Positions 1 to 10,441 of a stretch of DNA of 64,000 nucleotides are shown here, one piece after another. The stretch covers positions 22,677 through 86,676 of the forward strand of contig CAZCRT010000008.1 of assembly GCA_964501185.1 (NCBI GenBank), given 5' to 3'. The DNA comes from an uncultured Bacteroidia bacterium (GTDB lineage: Bacteria > CAIWAD01 > BS150m-G50). The stretch's first letter is position 1. The number at the start of each line of letters is the position of its first letter. The position numbers and the translations under genes were made by a program. The notes under the pieces are model-generated. The model saw only the letters and a list, made by a program, of their open reading frames with translations, was not told where the DNA came from and searched no databases.

Positions 1-15
1 AGCGAGAGTATCTGG

Positions 16-591
16 TTGATCGATCCCGGTGGGGATCCTCAAATCGTGATTTCCCGCCTGCAGGATATGGGTTTAACACCGGATGGGATTTTACTCACCC
101 ACGGTCATCTGGATCACATTATGGGTGTTGCCGCTCTGAAGGATAGCTGGCCTGACCTGCAGGTAGTATTCCCGGAGGAAGACCTGCAACTCTATCAAAA
201 TCTGCCTGAACAGGCCGGCAGGTTCGGGATAAAAGCAAGTGAACTTCAAGCGCCGGACAGACTTCTGAAAGGGGCGGAGGTGATTGCTGCAGAGCCATTG
301 CACATTCGTTCTTTACCGACACCGGGTCATTCACCTGGCAGCACGGTTTTTGGAATTGCCGGGGCTGGAGTAGCGGAAGTGATTTTTGCCGGAGACACTC
401 TGTTCCGTGAATCGATCGGACGGACAGATCTCTGGGGTGGCAGCTGGGAGCAACTGGAGCAATCCATACGCCGGCAGCTGTATACCCTACCCTCTGAAAC
501 AAGGGTATTCCCGGGACATGGCCCTGAAACGACAATCGGCTGGGAACAGCAGCACAATCAGTTCTTCCGCTTGAAAGCGGAAGGCGAATGA
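16..591 (+). CDS. MBL-fold metallo-hydrolase (glyoxalase II-like), 5' end probably outside window
   Basis: THGHLDH metal-binding motif plus downstream GHSPG/FAGD/HGP motifs typical of the beta-lactamase fold. The ORF begins at the window edge. Confidence 0.7.
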   Translation: MIDPGGDPQIVISRLQDMGLTPDGILLTHGHLDHIMGVAALKDSWPDLQVVFPEEDLQLYQNLPEQAGRFGIKASELQAPDRLLKGAEVIAAEPLHIRSLPTPGHSPGSTVFGIAGAGVAEVIFAGDTLFRESIGRTDLWGGSWEQLEQSIRRQLYTLPSETRVFPGHGPETTIGWEQQHNQFFRLKAEGE

Positions 592-702
592 GCATAAGGG
601 CATATGCTGACAGGTTGCCCTGTCGTACATGTTGGAGTTACACCCTCGTAATAGAATCTGATCGGACCGGTAGAACCGGACCGTAATAATGACGGAGAGA
701 AA

Positions 703-1074
703 ATGATCGGTGTTAAAGGGATGGAGCTGATCTGGTTTTTTGTAACCGACTGGAAAAGCGCCATGAGCTTCTATCGGGATAATCTGGGACTCAAACTACT
801 GTTTGTGGATGAGGATGAAGGGTGGGCTGAGTTTCAAATCGGTGAATCAGAAACAAAGATGGCCATTAAGCACTGGAAGCTGCAAAGTCCTGCCCCGCGT
901 GGTGGTGGCGGCTGTCCTGTAATTCAGGTTGAAGACCTGGATAAGACAATTACCGGGCTATCCGGAAAAGGTGTCAAGATGGCGGGTGCTATTCAGGAAG
1001 TTGAGGGTATGAAACGGCATTCTACTCTCTATGATCCGGACGGCAATCCAATTCAGCTGACCCAGATCTGGTAG
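703..1074 (+). CDS. VOC/glyoxalase-bleomycin resistance family protein
   Basis: 123-aa ORF with a VOC-like beta-alpha-beta fold signature (FYRDNLGLKLLF ... DPDGNPIQL). Confidence 0.5.
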   Translation: MIGVKGMELIWFFVTDWKSAMSFYRDNLGLKLLFVDEDEGWAEFQIGESETKMAIKHWKLQSPAPRGGGGCPVIQVEDLDKTITGLSGKGVKMAGAIQEVEGMKRHSTLYDPDGNPIQLTQIW

Positions 1075-1130
1075 TGGAAAAACAAAATCGACGAAACGCT
1101 GTTATCTGAAATAAACACAAAGGCGAAATC

Positions 1131-2396
1131 ATGGAAAAAGCCCTCGAGCTTGCCAAACTGGAGCAACTGAAAGTCAGCGAGCTATTTGAGATAGCTAAAG
1201 AAATGGGTATGGAAATTGTAGGTGGTATGGCCAAACAGGATATCATCTTCAAACTACTTGCCCGTCAGACCGAACGCGATGGACTCATCTTCGCTCGCGG
1301 CGTGCTGGAAATACTCCCGGATGGCTACGGTTTCCTTCGCTCTGAAGCAAGCAGTTACCTGCCGGGTCCGGAAGATATCTATGTATCACCTTCTCAGATA
1401 CGCCGTTTTGGATTGACTGACGGTCATATCGTATCCGGTCAGATTCGCCCTCCAAAGGATAACGAGCGCTTTTTTGCCCTGCTTAAAGTTGAAGCGGTGA
1501 ATTTCTGTGCTCCCGAGGAAACCCGCGAGAAAATCATCTTCGACAATCTGACACCTCTTTTCCCGGAAGAGAAATTTCAGCTGGAGCGACAGTCAAGTGA
1601 GGTGTCGATGCGTATTATGGATCTTTTCACACCTATTGGCAAAGGACAGCGCGGTTTGCTGGTAGCGCCTCCACGCACTGGAAAAACTATACTCCTGCAG
1701 AAAATAGCTAACAGCATTACCACCAATCACCCGGAAACAGTACTGATTATTCTACTGATAGATGAGCGTCCTGAAGAGGTCACAGAAATGGAGCGAACTG
1801 TGGACGCTGAGGTAGTCAGTTCCACTTTCGATGAGAAGCCGGAACGCCATGTTCAGGTGGCAAAGATGGTTCTCAATAAGGCAAAACGGCTGGTGGAGTA
1901 TGGCCACGATGTTGTCATTCTTCTGGACAGTATTACCCGTCTGGCACGGGCTCACAATGCTGAGGCACCACATAGCGGGCGTATTCTTTCAGGTGGTGTT
2001 GATGCGATGGCTCTTTACGAACCCAAGAAGTTTTTCGGCGCAGCCCGTAACATTGAAGAGGGTGGCAGCCTGACTATCCTGGCGACAGCACTGGTTGAAA
2101 CCGGGAGCAGGATGGATGAAGTGATTTTTGAAGAGTTCAAGGGTACAGGGAACATGGAACTGGTATTGAACCGGGATCTGGCCGATGCCAGGATTTATCC
2201 CGCAATCGATATCAATCGTTCCGGAACCCGTAAGGAGGATCTGCTGCTGGACAGAAAGATCCTCAATAATATCTGGATCCTCCGCAATCTCGGATCAGGT
2301 AAACGGCCTGAAGAGAATATCAAGTTCCTTATCGAGAAGATGCGTGAGACAAAGAACAACCTGGAATTCTTTGAAATGATGAAAAGACTGGATTGA
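1131..2396 (+). CDS. rho: Transcription termination factor Rho
   Basis: N-terminal RNA-binding domain ([11 protein letters not shown]), Walker A PPRTGKT, RecA-like core, 421 aa. Confidence 0.95.
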   Translation: MEKALELAKLEQLKVSELFEIAKEMGMEIVGGMAKQDIIFKLLARQTERDGLIFARGVLEILPDGYGFLRSEASSYLPGPEDIYVSPSQIRRFGLTDGHIVSGQIRPPKDNERFFALLKVEAVNFCAPEETREKIIFDNLTPLFPEEKFQLERQSSEVSMRIMDLFTPIGKGQRGLLVAPPRTGKTILLQKIANSITTNHPETVLIILLIDERPEEVTEMERTVDAEVVSSTFDEKPERHVQVAKMVLNKAKRLVEYGHDVVILLDSITRLARAHNAEAPHSGRILSGGVDAMALYEPKKFFGAARNIEEGGSLTILATALVETGSRMDEVIFEEFKGTGNMELVLNRDLADARIYPAIDINRSGTRKEDLLLDRKILNNIWILRNLGSGKRPEENIKFLIEKMRETKNNLEFFEMMKRLD

Positions 2397-2518
2397 TCCG
2401 GACAGGTTGATAAGTGATTTGAGTAGTATATTTTATACCATAATAAAAAATGCTTGCTAAACAGTTCTGAGATAGATAACATTTATGTCTCGAAAACTGG
2501 CTGAAAAAGGATAAAACT

Positions 2519-2734
2519 ATGAAGAGCAAAATTCACCCAAAATATGAAATGGCAACAGTATCCTGTGCATGCGGGAATACTTTTCAGGTACGCACGACAA
2601 ATGGTGACGTCAAACTTGAAATCTGTTCCGAATGCCATCCCTTCTTTACTGGCAAGCAGAAACTGGTAGATACTGCCGGGCGTGTAGACAAATTCCGCAA
2701 GAAGTATGAGAATGTGCAGACTGCTAAGAAATGA
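2519..2734 (+). CDS. rpmE: 50S ribosomal protein L31
   Basis: MKSKIHPKY start and a CxxC...CxxC zinc ribbon, 71 aa. Confidence 0.9.
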   Translation: MKSKIHPKYEMATVSCACGNTFQVRTTNGDVKLEICSECHPFFTGKQKLVDTAGRVDKFRKKYENVQTAKK

Positions 2735-2768
2735 GCAGCTGCAATTCCCCGTTACCAGTATGAATATG

Positions 2769-2799
2769 AAACGGAATCGATCAGGTTCCGTTTTTTTTT
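2769..2799 (+). terminator. Rho-independent terminator after rpmE
   Basis: Hairpin ACGGAA-tcgatcagg-TTCCGT followed by a T9 run. Confidence 0.6.
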
Positions 2800-2804
2800 A
2801 GCAG

Positions 2805-3884
2805 ATGCAGTCAATGGACAACCACCGATCCGGAGATATCTTGAGCAGGGTTAGAAAGATATTGCTGATACTACCTCATCTGGTGGCAGGCCACTGGATG
2901 CAACGCGCTGAAGAGGAAAGCGAATCGATGGCTGTCGGTGGGCAGGCAATTCTGGAGGGTGTGATGATGCGCTCCCCGGATGCTATTGCGGCAGCTGTGC
3001 GAAGGCCTTCCGGTGATATCCTGGTTAAGCTGAAACCATATGTCGCTCTTTCAAAGCGGGTACGCCTCTGGCATCCACCACTGCTTCGCGGTATCGCCGC
3101 ACTCTGGGAATCGCTGACAATCGGTATGAGTATTCTCAACTGGAGTGCAGAAGTCGCTTCCGAGGATGACCAGAACAACGGTGAACCAAGAGAGGAAAAA
3201 TGGTGGGAGAAGCTGCTTGGTGTGCTGATGATGATTATTGCCTTCGGCCTGGGCCTGGCACTGTTCGTCTATCTTCCCTACCTCGTTTCCGGTTTTCTGA
3301 AACCTGATTCCAGCCCGATCATCTTTCACATTATTGCCGGTGTACTTCGTGTAATGCTCCTGATAGGATATCTCTGGGCAATATCGCTGGCTAAGGACAT
3401 TCGCCGCCTGTTCATGTATCACGGTGCCGAGCACAAATCAATTTCTGCGCATGAACAGAAGCAGGAGTTGACTGTTGAGAACGCCAGCAGGCAGTCCCGG
3501 TTTCATCCACGTTGTGGAACCAGCTTCGTACTGATTGTTGCGCTGCTGACCATGGTTGTCTTCATGCTGATCGATGCCCTGATAATCTCACTGGCAGGGG
3601 ATTACAATTCAGCTCTGCACCGATTGATCGTACACATCCCATTCATACCCCTGGTGGCTGGATTCTCATTTGAAGTACTTAAGATATCTGCCCGTTATCA
3701 GGATAGCTGGCTGGGCCGACAGGTTGTCAAGCCAGGATTGTGGCTGCAACGTATCACAACCCGCGACCCTGAGTCCAGCATGCTTGAAGTGGCGCTGATT
3801 TCACTCACTACTTCCCTGACCCACACAGTTGATCCGCAGCAGGCAACTCTCCTGCAGGATTCCGACCAGGAACTCCCGGGTTAG
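2805..3884 (+). CDS. DUF1385 (YqhQ-like) membrane protein
   Basis: Conserved AVGGQAILEGVMMRS core and multiple TM helices. Sits in the classic rpmE-DUF1385-prfA-prmC position. The true start may be the internal Met near 2928. Confidence 0.75.
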   Translation: MQSMDNHRSGDILSRVRKILLILPHLVAGHWMQRAEEESESMAVGGQAILEGVMMRSPDAIAAAVRRPSGDILVKLKPYVALSKRVRLWHPPLLRGIAALWESLTIGMSILNWSAEVASEDDQNNGEPREEKWWEKLLGVLMMIIAFGLGLALFVYLPYLVSGFLKPDSSPIIFHIIAGVLRVMLLIGYLWAISLAKDIRRLFMYHGAEHKSISAHEQKQELTVENASRQSRFHPRCGTSFVLIVALLTMVVFMLIDALIISLAGDYNSALHRLIVHIPFIPLVAGFSFEVLKISARYQDSWLGRQVVKPGLWLQRITTRDPESSMLEVALISLTTSLTHTVDPQQATLLQDSDQELPG

Positions 3885-3908
3885 CTGGACCGTATTGACT
3901 GCGACTTA

Positions 3909-5018
3909 ATGCAAAACCCCCCTTTATTAGCGGAGAAACCGCATATGGATATCAGAAACAAACTGGAAGCTATTACCACCCAGTACGAGGAACTCACGGA
4001 GCAGCTTTCGCAACCGGGCGTCACAGCTGATAACAGAGAATTTGCCCGTATCAGTAGAGAACACGGGCGCCTCGGTGCGATCGTTGCACATTTTCAACAG
4101 TGGCAGGAACTGGAACGGGAGCTGAATGATGCCCGGGAGTTGCTGCAGGGCGAAGATGATAGTGAAATGCTGGAGCTGACCCGTGAGGAGATTTCCCTGC
4201 TGGAGGAAAAGGCACTTCAGATTGAAAAAGAGCTGAAAGAGTTGCTGGTCCCACCAGACCCGGATGATTCCCGCAATGTCATACTTGAAATCCGCGCCGG
4301 TACCGGAGGAGACGAAGCTGCCCTCTTTGCCGGTGATCTCTACCGGATGTATTCCCGTCTGGCGGAGAATCACAACTGGAAGGTCGAGACGATGTCTGTT
4401 AATGCACAGGGCATCGGGGGGTTCAAGGAGATTGTATTCGGTGTGCGTGGCAAAGATGTTTTTGGCAAGCTCAAGTATGAGGCTGGTGTACACCGTGTGC
4501 AGCGTGTGCCACAAACAGAATCACAGGGACGGGTACACACTTCTGCAGCGACTGTAGCAGTATTGCCGGAGGCTGACGAAGTAGAGATTAATATAGATCC
4601 CACCGAATTACGCATCGACGTCTATCGTGCAACAGGTCATGGTGGCCAGTCGGTTAACACAACTGATTCTGCTGTCCGCATTACTCATCTCCCTACAAAT
4701 CTTGTAGTAACATGCCAGGATGAGAAATCACAGCATAAGAATAAGGCAAAGGCGATGAAAGTTCTGGTGTCGCGACTCTATGAGAAGCGAAAAGCTGAAG
4801 AGCTGGAGAAACGATCCGCTGCCCGCAGGTCGCAGGTGCTCACCGGAGACCGCAGTGCCAAGATTCGCACCTACAATTATCCTCAGGGAAGGGTAACCGA
4901 TCACCGTATTAACCTGACTCTCTACCGGCTGCAGGAAGTGCTGTTGGGTGACCTGGAAGAGATCATAACCGCTTTGCGTCAGGCTGATAATCTGGAAAAA
5001 CTGCAGAATGAAGGTTGA
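3909..5018 (+). CDS. prfA: Peptide chain release factor 1
   Basis: GGQ motif (ATGHGGQSVNTTDSAVRITHLPT) and RF1-type domain 2. An alternative start is at 3945. Confidence 0.95.
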   Translation: MQNPPLLAEKPHMDIRNKLEAITTQYEELTEQLSQPGVTADNREFARISREHGRLGAIVAHFQQWQELERELNDARELLQGEDDSEMLELTREEISLLEEKALQIEKELKELLVPPDPDDSRNVILEIRAGTGGDEAALFAGDLYRMYSRLAENHNWKVETMSVNAQGIGGFKEIVFGVRGKDVFGKLKYEAGVHRVQRVPQTESQGRVHTSAATVAVLPEADEVEINIDPTELRIDVYRATGHGGQSVNTTDSAVRITHLPTNLVVTCQDEKSQHKNKAKAMKVLVSRLYEKRKAEELEKRSAARRSQVLTGDRSAKIRTYNYPQGRVTDHRINLTLYRLQEVLLGDLEEIITALRQADNLEKLQNEG

Positions 5019-5883
5019 TACCGGTTCCCGGCAGTGGACAGTTCTGGAACTGCTCAAAGTCACGGAGACATACCTTTCGCAGAAGAAGGTGGAATCCCCG
5101 CGCATTGCTGCGGAGTTACTGCTGGGGCATCTGCTTGGACTGAAACGGATCGAGTTGTATGTGGAGTATGATCGACCTGTGAAGCTGGAGGAAAAAGCAA
5201 AACTGCGTGAATATGTCAGTCGTGCCGCACAGCATGAACCACTGCAGTACATTACCGGTGAAACCGACTTCTACGATTTTGCTCTGGCTGTTGCGCCCGG
5301 TGTATTGATACCACGTCCAGAGACGGAAGGCCTGGTTGAGCTGGTTCTGCAGGAGCTCAAATCTGAGACACCCCGCCGTCTTCTGGATCTGGGGACAGGT
5401 TCTGGCTGTATCGCGATCGCACTGGCTCGTCACCTGCCGGAAACCACCAGGATAACTGCTCTTGATAATTCTGTACAGGCTATAGCACAGGCGGAGCAAA
5501 ATATTAAAACACACAGGCTGCAGAACCGTATCGAGCTGCTGACAGGCTCTGCTTTTGAACTGCCTGAGAATGAGTCCTGGGATGTTATCGTCAGTAATCC
5601 GCCCTACATTGCAGAAGAGGAACGTGATACATTACCGGAAAATGTGTTGAGATATGAGCCGGAAACAGCACTGTTTGATGGTGGTGACGGGCTGGCCTTC
5701 TACCGGTTATTGAGTGAAAAACCTCCACTGCAGGATGATGGCGCAGTATTCTGCGAACTACCGGCCCCTGCGGCTGAAAGGGTGGCGGAACTCTTCAGGC
5801 ACAACTTTAATCAGGTAACATTTAAAGCGGATCTGGCCGGCCGTACCCGGTACCTGATCGCGCGTGAGCGGTTGGATCGATAA
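5008..5883 (+). CDS. prmC: Release factor glutamine N5-methyltransferase
   Basis: SAM motif LDLGTGSGCIAI and NPPY motif. Immediately downstream of prfA. Confidence 0.85.
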   Translation: MKVDTGSRQWTVLELLKVTETYLSQKKVESPRIAAELLLGHLLGLKRIELYVEYDRPVKLEEKAKLREYVSRAAQHEPLQYITGETDFYDFALAVAPGVLIPRPETEGLVELVLQELKSETPRRLLDLGTGSGCIAIALARHLPETTRITALDNSVQAIAQAEQNIKTHRLQNRIELLTGSAFELPENESWDVIVSNPPYIAEEERDTLPENVLRYEPETALFDGGDGLAFYRLLSEKPPLQDDGAVFCELPAPAAERVAELFRHNFNQVTFKADLAGRTRYLIARERLDR

Positions 5884-5885
5884 TC

Positions 5886-8306
5886 TTGAAACAGGATAAA
5901 ATAATGAGTGATAGATCGAGCAGTAATCTTCCGCGAAGCAGCGATCACCTGCAGAAGGAGATTGTCCGGATGATTACTGCCGCAGGCAAGTTGCGCACCA
6001 GAGAACTGTACAATCGCCTCGGGCGGCCGGGTGAGTACGATGATTTCAAGAATCTGCTTAACAGAATGCTCAAAAAGAGGGTGTTAAGGCTTGCTGCCAA
6101 ACGCACCTGGTGTCTGCCGCAGGCTGAACCTGATACTACTGACGGGAAGCAGCAGAAACAGGAAGGTATTACGGGCACTCTCCATCTTAACAGTGGTGGT
6201 AATGCATTCATAATGCTTGAGAACGGTGTGGAACGCCTGTTCATCAGACGTGCCGATCTGGCCGGTGCAGTACAGGGAGACACCGTTCAGGTAAGCATGC
6301 ACAATTCTCAGCAGCGTGGCAGGAGTGAGGGCAAAATCCTGAAGATCCTGCAGCGTGGCATGAAGCAGCTGGTAGGGCGCATCGAGCGTTATGGCAGGCG
6401 CTTTGTTCTCATCCCCATGGGTGTTCCACTTGCTGATACGGTGTTTGTGCGTCACTCCCAACTGGCGCTGGAAGAGGGAATGCATGTCCTGGTACAGCTG
6501 ATCTATCAGGATTCACCAAAGGGTAGAACCAGGCTGGAAGCAGATGTAATACGTACCTATGCGGAAGCCTCCCGTGCCGAGCTTCTGCAGGAGGCTGTTC
6601 GCTGCAGCTATCTGTTGCAGGCGGATTTTTCCGAAACCGTACTTGATGAAGCAGAGCAGCTGGATGATCGCGTGCTGCTGCAGAAAAGGCGCGACCTGCG
6701 GGAGTGGACGATTTTCACAATTGATCCGCATGATGCCCGGGATTATGATGATGCGGTCTCGCTGGAACCGTTGCCGGAGGGCGGTTTTCGACTTGGTGTG
6801 CATATTGCCGATGTATCACATTATGTCAAGCCGGGCACTGAATTAGACCGGGAAGCCTGGCAACGCGGGACCTCCACTTATCTGGTCGGCGAGGTGATCC
6901 CGATGTTGCCACACCGTCTCAGTACAGACCTGTGCAGTCTGCGGGAGAGCGAAGACCGTAATGCAATGAGTTGCGTGATTGATTATGACGAGCGTGGCAG
7001 GAAACGTCATTATGAGATATTCCCCAGTGTGATACGCAGTTGTAAACGCCACACATATCAGGAAGTGCAGTCATTACTGGAGCGGCTTCCCCGTCGCCGC
7101 AAGCAGGGGTTTAATCCCGAACAGGAATACAGTGATCCGATTGAGCGGTCACTCTACTACATGAACTTCCTCTTTCGTAAACTGCTGAAGCAACGTCAGA
7201 AGGCTGGTAGCCTGGACTTCAGCTCTCCTGAACCACGCTTTGAGCTGGATAGTGGGGGCATGCCGGTAGCTGTTAAGGCAATACATCAGCTGGACAGCCA
7301 CCGCCTGATTGAAGAATTCATGCTTGCGGCCAACCGGGTTGTCGCTGAGCATCTGCAAAAAGCCGGAGTGCCTGCTGTTTACAGGGTTCATGACGCGCCG
7401 ATCGGGGAAAAACTCAGCAAGTTTACAGAGTTCATGCAACACCTCGGAATTGTCCTTGATCCGGGAGCACTGCAGGAGGTAACCACCTGGCAGCGCGTAT
7501 TGCAAGATTTCAGCGGTTCGGACACCGGGTTGGTTTTACAGCAGGTTGTGCTGCGCAGCATGATGAAAGCTGGTTACACTACTGAAAACAGAGGGCACTT
7601 CGGACTCGCCTTTGAAACATATACACATTTTACATCACCGATTCGTCGCTACCCTGATCTGCTGGTACACAGAATTCTCAAGAAGCTGGCCAAAGGCGAT
7701 ACAATCCCTGAACCGGAGTTGAAAAAGGCTGCCCGTAACTCCTCCATGCGTGAGATCAATGCCATGGAAGCGGAGCGGGAATCAACCAAGATCAAGCAGA
7801 TGCTCTTTCTCGAAAACAGAATCGGTGAACGTTTCCGGGGTGTTATCCGGGGAGTTGAGCGTTTCGGCCTTTTCGTCGAGTTAGCCGACATTCTGGCTGA
7901 CGGGCTGGTGCCGGTGGCAGCTTTAGAAGATGATTACTATGTTTATGATGAAAAAGAGTGGACACTGACCGGACGCCGTAGTGGTGTTCGTTATGCAATC
8001 GGGCAGCCACTGTCAGTTGAGGTGACCCGCTGCAGTGTTGATGAACGCAAACTGGATCTGAAAATAGTCGAATCGCTGCAACCGATCCGTTATCATGATA
8101 GCATTCGCAGCGTTGAGACCAGCGCAAATGATCATGGCAAACCCGGAGTGCACAGAAGAACTGCTGCCAAAGGAAAGTCATCTTCAAGAAAAAAGAGATC
8201 ATCCGGGGGTAAGAAACCACGCACCACAGGCAGCCGACAGAAGCATGGAGCATTTACCGAAAAAAAGAAAAGCAGACCTGGAAGTACAACCGGTAAAAAG
8301 AGGTAA
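5886..8306 (+). CDS. rnr: Ribonuclease R
   Basis: RNB catalytic domain (FTIDPHDARDYDDAVS), cold-shock and S1 domains, basic K/R-rich tail. Confidence 0.9.
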   Translation: MKQDKIMSDRSSSNLPRSSDHLQKEIVRMITAAGKLRTRELYNRLGRPGEYDDFKNLLNRMLKKRVLRLAAKRTWCLPQAEPDTTDGKQQKQEGITGTLHLNSGGNAFIMLENGVERLFIRRADLAGAVQGDTVQVSMHNSQQRGRSEGKILKILQRGMKQLVGRIERYGRRFVLIPMGVPLADTVFVRHSQLALEEGMHVLVQLIYQDSPKGRTRLEADVIRTYAEASRAELLQEAVRCSYLLQADFSETVLDEAEQLDDRVLLQKRRDLREWTIFTIDPHDARDYDDAVSLEPLPEGGFRLGVHIADVSHYVKPGTELDREAWQRGTSTYLVGEVIPMLPHRLSTDLCSLRESEDRNAMSCVIDYDERGRKRHYEIFPSVIRSCKRHTYQEVQSLLERLPRRRKQGFNPEQEYSDPIERSLYYMNFLFRKLLKQRQKAGSLDFSSPEPRFELDSGGMPVAVKAIHQLDSHRLIEEFMLAANRVVAEHLQKAGVPAVYRVHDAPIGEKLSKFTEFMQHLGIVLDPGALQEVTTWQRVLQDFSGSDTGLVLQQVVLRSMMKAGYTTENRGHFGLAFETYTHFTSPIRRYPDLLVHRILKKLAKGDTIPEPELKKAARNSSMREINAMEAERESTKIKQMLFLENRIGERFRGVIRGVERFGLFVELADILADGLVPVAALEDDYYVYDEKEWTLTGRRSGVRYAIGQPLSVEVTRCSVDERKLDLKIVESLQPIRYHDSIRSVETSANDHGKPGVHRRTAAKGKSSSRKKRSSGGKKPRTTGSRQKHGAFTEKKKSRPGSTTGKKR

Positions 8307-8313
8307 TGAAAGC

Positions 8314-9135
8314 ATGACATTCAAAGAGAAGCTGTGTGATACAATTGAGCAGCAGCAGAGTAATCTCTGTGTAGGTCTTGATCCTGACCAGGAGCGGTTT
8401 CCGCAATTTCTGAACGATTACGATGACCCCGTACAGGCCTTTCTTAAAATGGTGATAGAGGCTACCGGTGACCTGGCATGTGCCTTTAAACCGAACTTCG
8501 CATTCTTCGAAGCGCTGGGAGAACGGGGATGGGGGCTGCTCCGTGAAGCAGTTCAGATTATACCGGAGCGGGTAGTAACTATCGCTGATGCCAAGCGGGG
8601 TGATATCGGGAACACTGCAAAAGCTTATGCTCGTGCTATCTTTGACGATCTGCAATTCGACTCCACCACTCTGAATCCATTGATGGGATACGATGCTCTG
8701 GAACCATTTCTGGACTATCCCGGCAAGGGAATATTCGCTCTGGTACTCACATCCAACCCCGGGGCTGCAGACTTCCAGATGTTGGAGACACCTGACGGGC
8801 CGCTTTATCAGCAGATCTTGCGTAAGCTGTGCGAGTGGGATAAGCAGGGGAGCATAGGTGCAGTTGTAGGGGCTACCCGTCCTGAGATGTTGCAGGATAT
8901 CAGAAGTATTGCACCCGGGATGCCATTGCTGTTGCCAGGTATCGGCAGCCAGGGGGGCGACCTGGAAGCAACCATTGCCAATGCAGCTCCCACAGCGGAC
9001 TCTCCATTTCTGGTAAATGTATCACGTGGTATTCTCTATCCGGACGGTAATCCCGCTACCACTGATGACTTCCAGAAGTTAGTACGTGAACAGGCGCTGC
9101 ATTATCGCGACAGTATAAACCAATGTCCCAGGTAG
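8314..9135 (+). CDS. pyrF: Orotidine-5'-phosphate decarboxylase (type 2)
   Basis: LCVGLDPD motif of type-2 OMPDC. The start is placed at the ATG at 8314, just after the rnr stop, rather than the track's overlapping upstream start. Confidence 0.85.
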   Translation: MTFKEKLCDTIEQQQSNLCVGLDPDQERFPQFLNDYDDPVQAFLKMVIEATGDLACAFKPNFAFFEALGERGWGLLREAVQIIPERVVTIADAKRGDIGNTAKAYARAIFDDLQFDSTTLNPLMGYDALEPFLDYPGKGIFALVLTSNPGAADFQMLETPDGPLYQQILRKLCEWDKQGSIGAVVGATRPEMLQDIRSIAPGMPLLLPGIGSQGGDLEATIANAAPTADSPFLVNVSRGILYPDGNPATTDDFQKLVREQALHYRDSINQCPR

Positions 9136-9139
9136 CCAG

Positions 9140-9802
9140 ATGAGTGACGACCGCCTGCAACTGCATGAAGAAATAAGCCTTTCCATCAGGCGGGAAGAGG
9201 AGCGTGTACGTCTGCGAACCAGGGTTATCGGATCAGAAGATGATAGTTTCTCTACCGGCCTGACAGATGTACCTGTTGCCAGTATGAAGTTGATCAGGCC
9301 TGGGGATGAGGTCCATGGTACTGTAACCCGCAGGGATGCGCTCTATCATTTCAAAACAACAATTATCGAGATAGTTCAAAATGTGCCACAACCTTCAGTA
9401 GTGTTTCATCAGCCGGTGAGTATCTGGCGTGAACAGAGACGGCAGTTCTTTCGAGCGGATCAGAAATTACCGGTATCAGTATTGCTGGAGTATTACGACA
9501 GCAAACGGCATATCCATTATAGTGCGCTTGACGGGGATATTATCAACATCAGTGCCGGTGGTCTGCTGATAACGGTGACCATTACTGAGGATGCTACTCT
9601 TGAAGAGGGAACACATGCACTGGTAGCTTTCACCCACGGAACACACTGTTTCAGGGATTTGCCTGGAAGGATTATCCGGGTTAAGGAATCGCATGATAGA
9701 CAGACGTTTGCTATGATATTTATAGATCCAGACCAGGATACGCAGAACAAAATCACACGCCTGAACATTGACTATGAACGCAGGCACCTGAAAGGAGAAT
9801 AG
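9140..9802 (+). CDS. PilZ-domain (YcgR-like) c-di-GMP-binding protein
   Basis: RRQFFR (RxxxR) and INISAGGLLI (DxSxGG-like) PilZ motifs in the C-terminal half. Confidence 0.65.
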   Translation: MSDDRLQLHEEISLSIRREEERVRLRTRVIGSEDDSFSTGLTDVPVASMKLIRPGDEVHGTVTRRDALYHFKTTIIEIVQNVPQPSVVFHQPVSIWREQRRQFFRADQKLPVSVLLEYYDSKRHIHYSALDGDIINISAGGLLITVTITEDATLEEGTHALVAFTHGTHCFRDLPGRIIRVKESHDRQTFAMIFIDPDQDTQNKITRLNIDYERRHLKGE

Positions 9803-9803
9803 A

Positions 9804-10382
9804 ATGGGCAAAGAGAAGAGTGTAGAGCTGGATATCTTTGAGCGTTCCGGCGCCCTGTTGAATGGTCACTTTGAATTGACCTCCGGCCGGCATTCTGAAA
9901 TGTACTTCCAGTGCGCTCTGGCTCTGCAGTACCCTGAGTTTGCTGCAGTACTGTGTCAGCGTATTGCCGAGCACTACTCCGGACAGAAGGTCAACAGTGT
10001 TATCGCACCGGCTATCGGTGGTATTCCGGTCGCCCAGGAAGTCGGGCGTCAGCTGGATGTACGTTCGCTTTTTGCTGAACGACTGGATGGAGCCATGATC
10101 CTGCGGCGTGGCTTCAAGATCGAAACAGGTGAACGGGTACTGGTAGTTGAAGATGTTGTTACAACCGGTGGTTCTGTTCAGGAAGTTGTCGATCTTGTGA
10201 AGCAGTGTGGTGCAGAGGTAGTTGGTGTGGGCACAATCGTGGATCGATCCGGTGGTGAAGCTGACTTTGGAGTACCGTTTTTTGCCACCTACAAGCAGGA
10301 CGTAGTTACCTGGGCACCTGAAGAGTGTCCGCTCTGCCGCAAACAGCAGCCTGTATACAAACCTGGAAGTCGTAGTTTGTAA
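9804..10382 (+). CDS. pyrE: Orotate phosphoribosyltransferase
   Basis: PRPP-binding motif VLVVEDVVTTGGS. Confidence 0.9.
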   Translation: MGKEKSVELDIFERSGALLNGHFELTSGRHSEMYFQCALALQYPEFAAVLCQRIAEHYSGQKVNSVIAPAIGGIPVAQEVGRQLDVRSLFAERLDGAMILRRGFKIETGERVLVVEDVVTTGGSVQEVVDLVKQCGAEVVGVGTIVDRSGGEADFGVPFFATYKQDVVTWAPEECPLCRKQQPVYKPGSRSL

Positions 10383-10441
10383 AAAGTCGATAACGACTGT
10401 CACCATAAGAAAAAGAAGCAAACCGGAAACAGACCTGACAG

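Noticed and set aside
8095-8313. Long N-terminal extension of pyrF overlapping the 3' end of rnr
   Set aside because: The conserved OMPDC sequence begins at the ATG at 8314, right after the rnr stop. The extension is out of context and unconserved.
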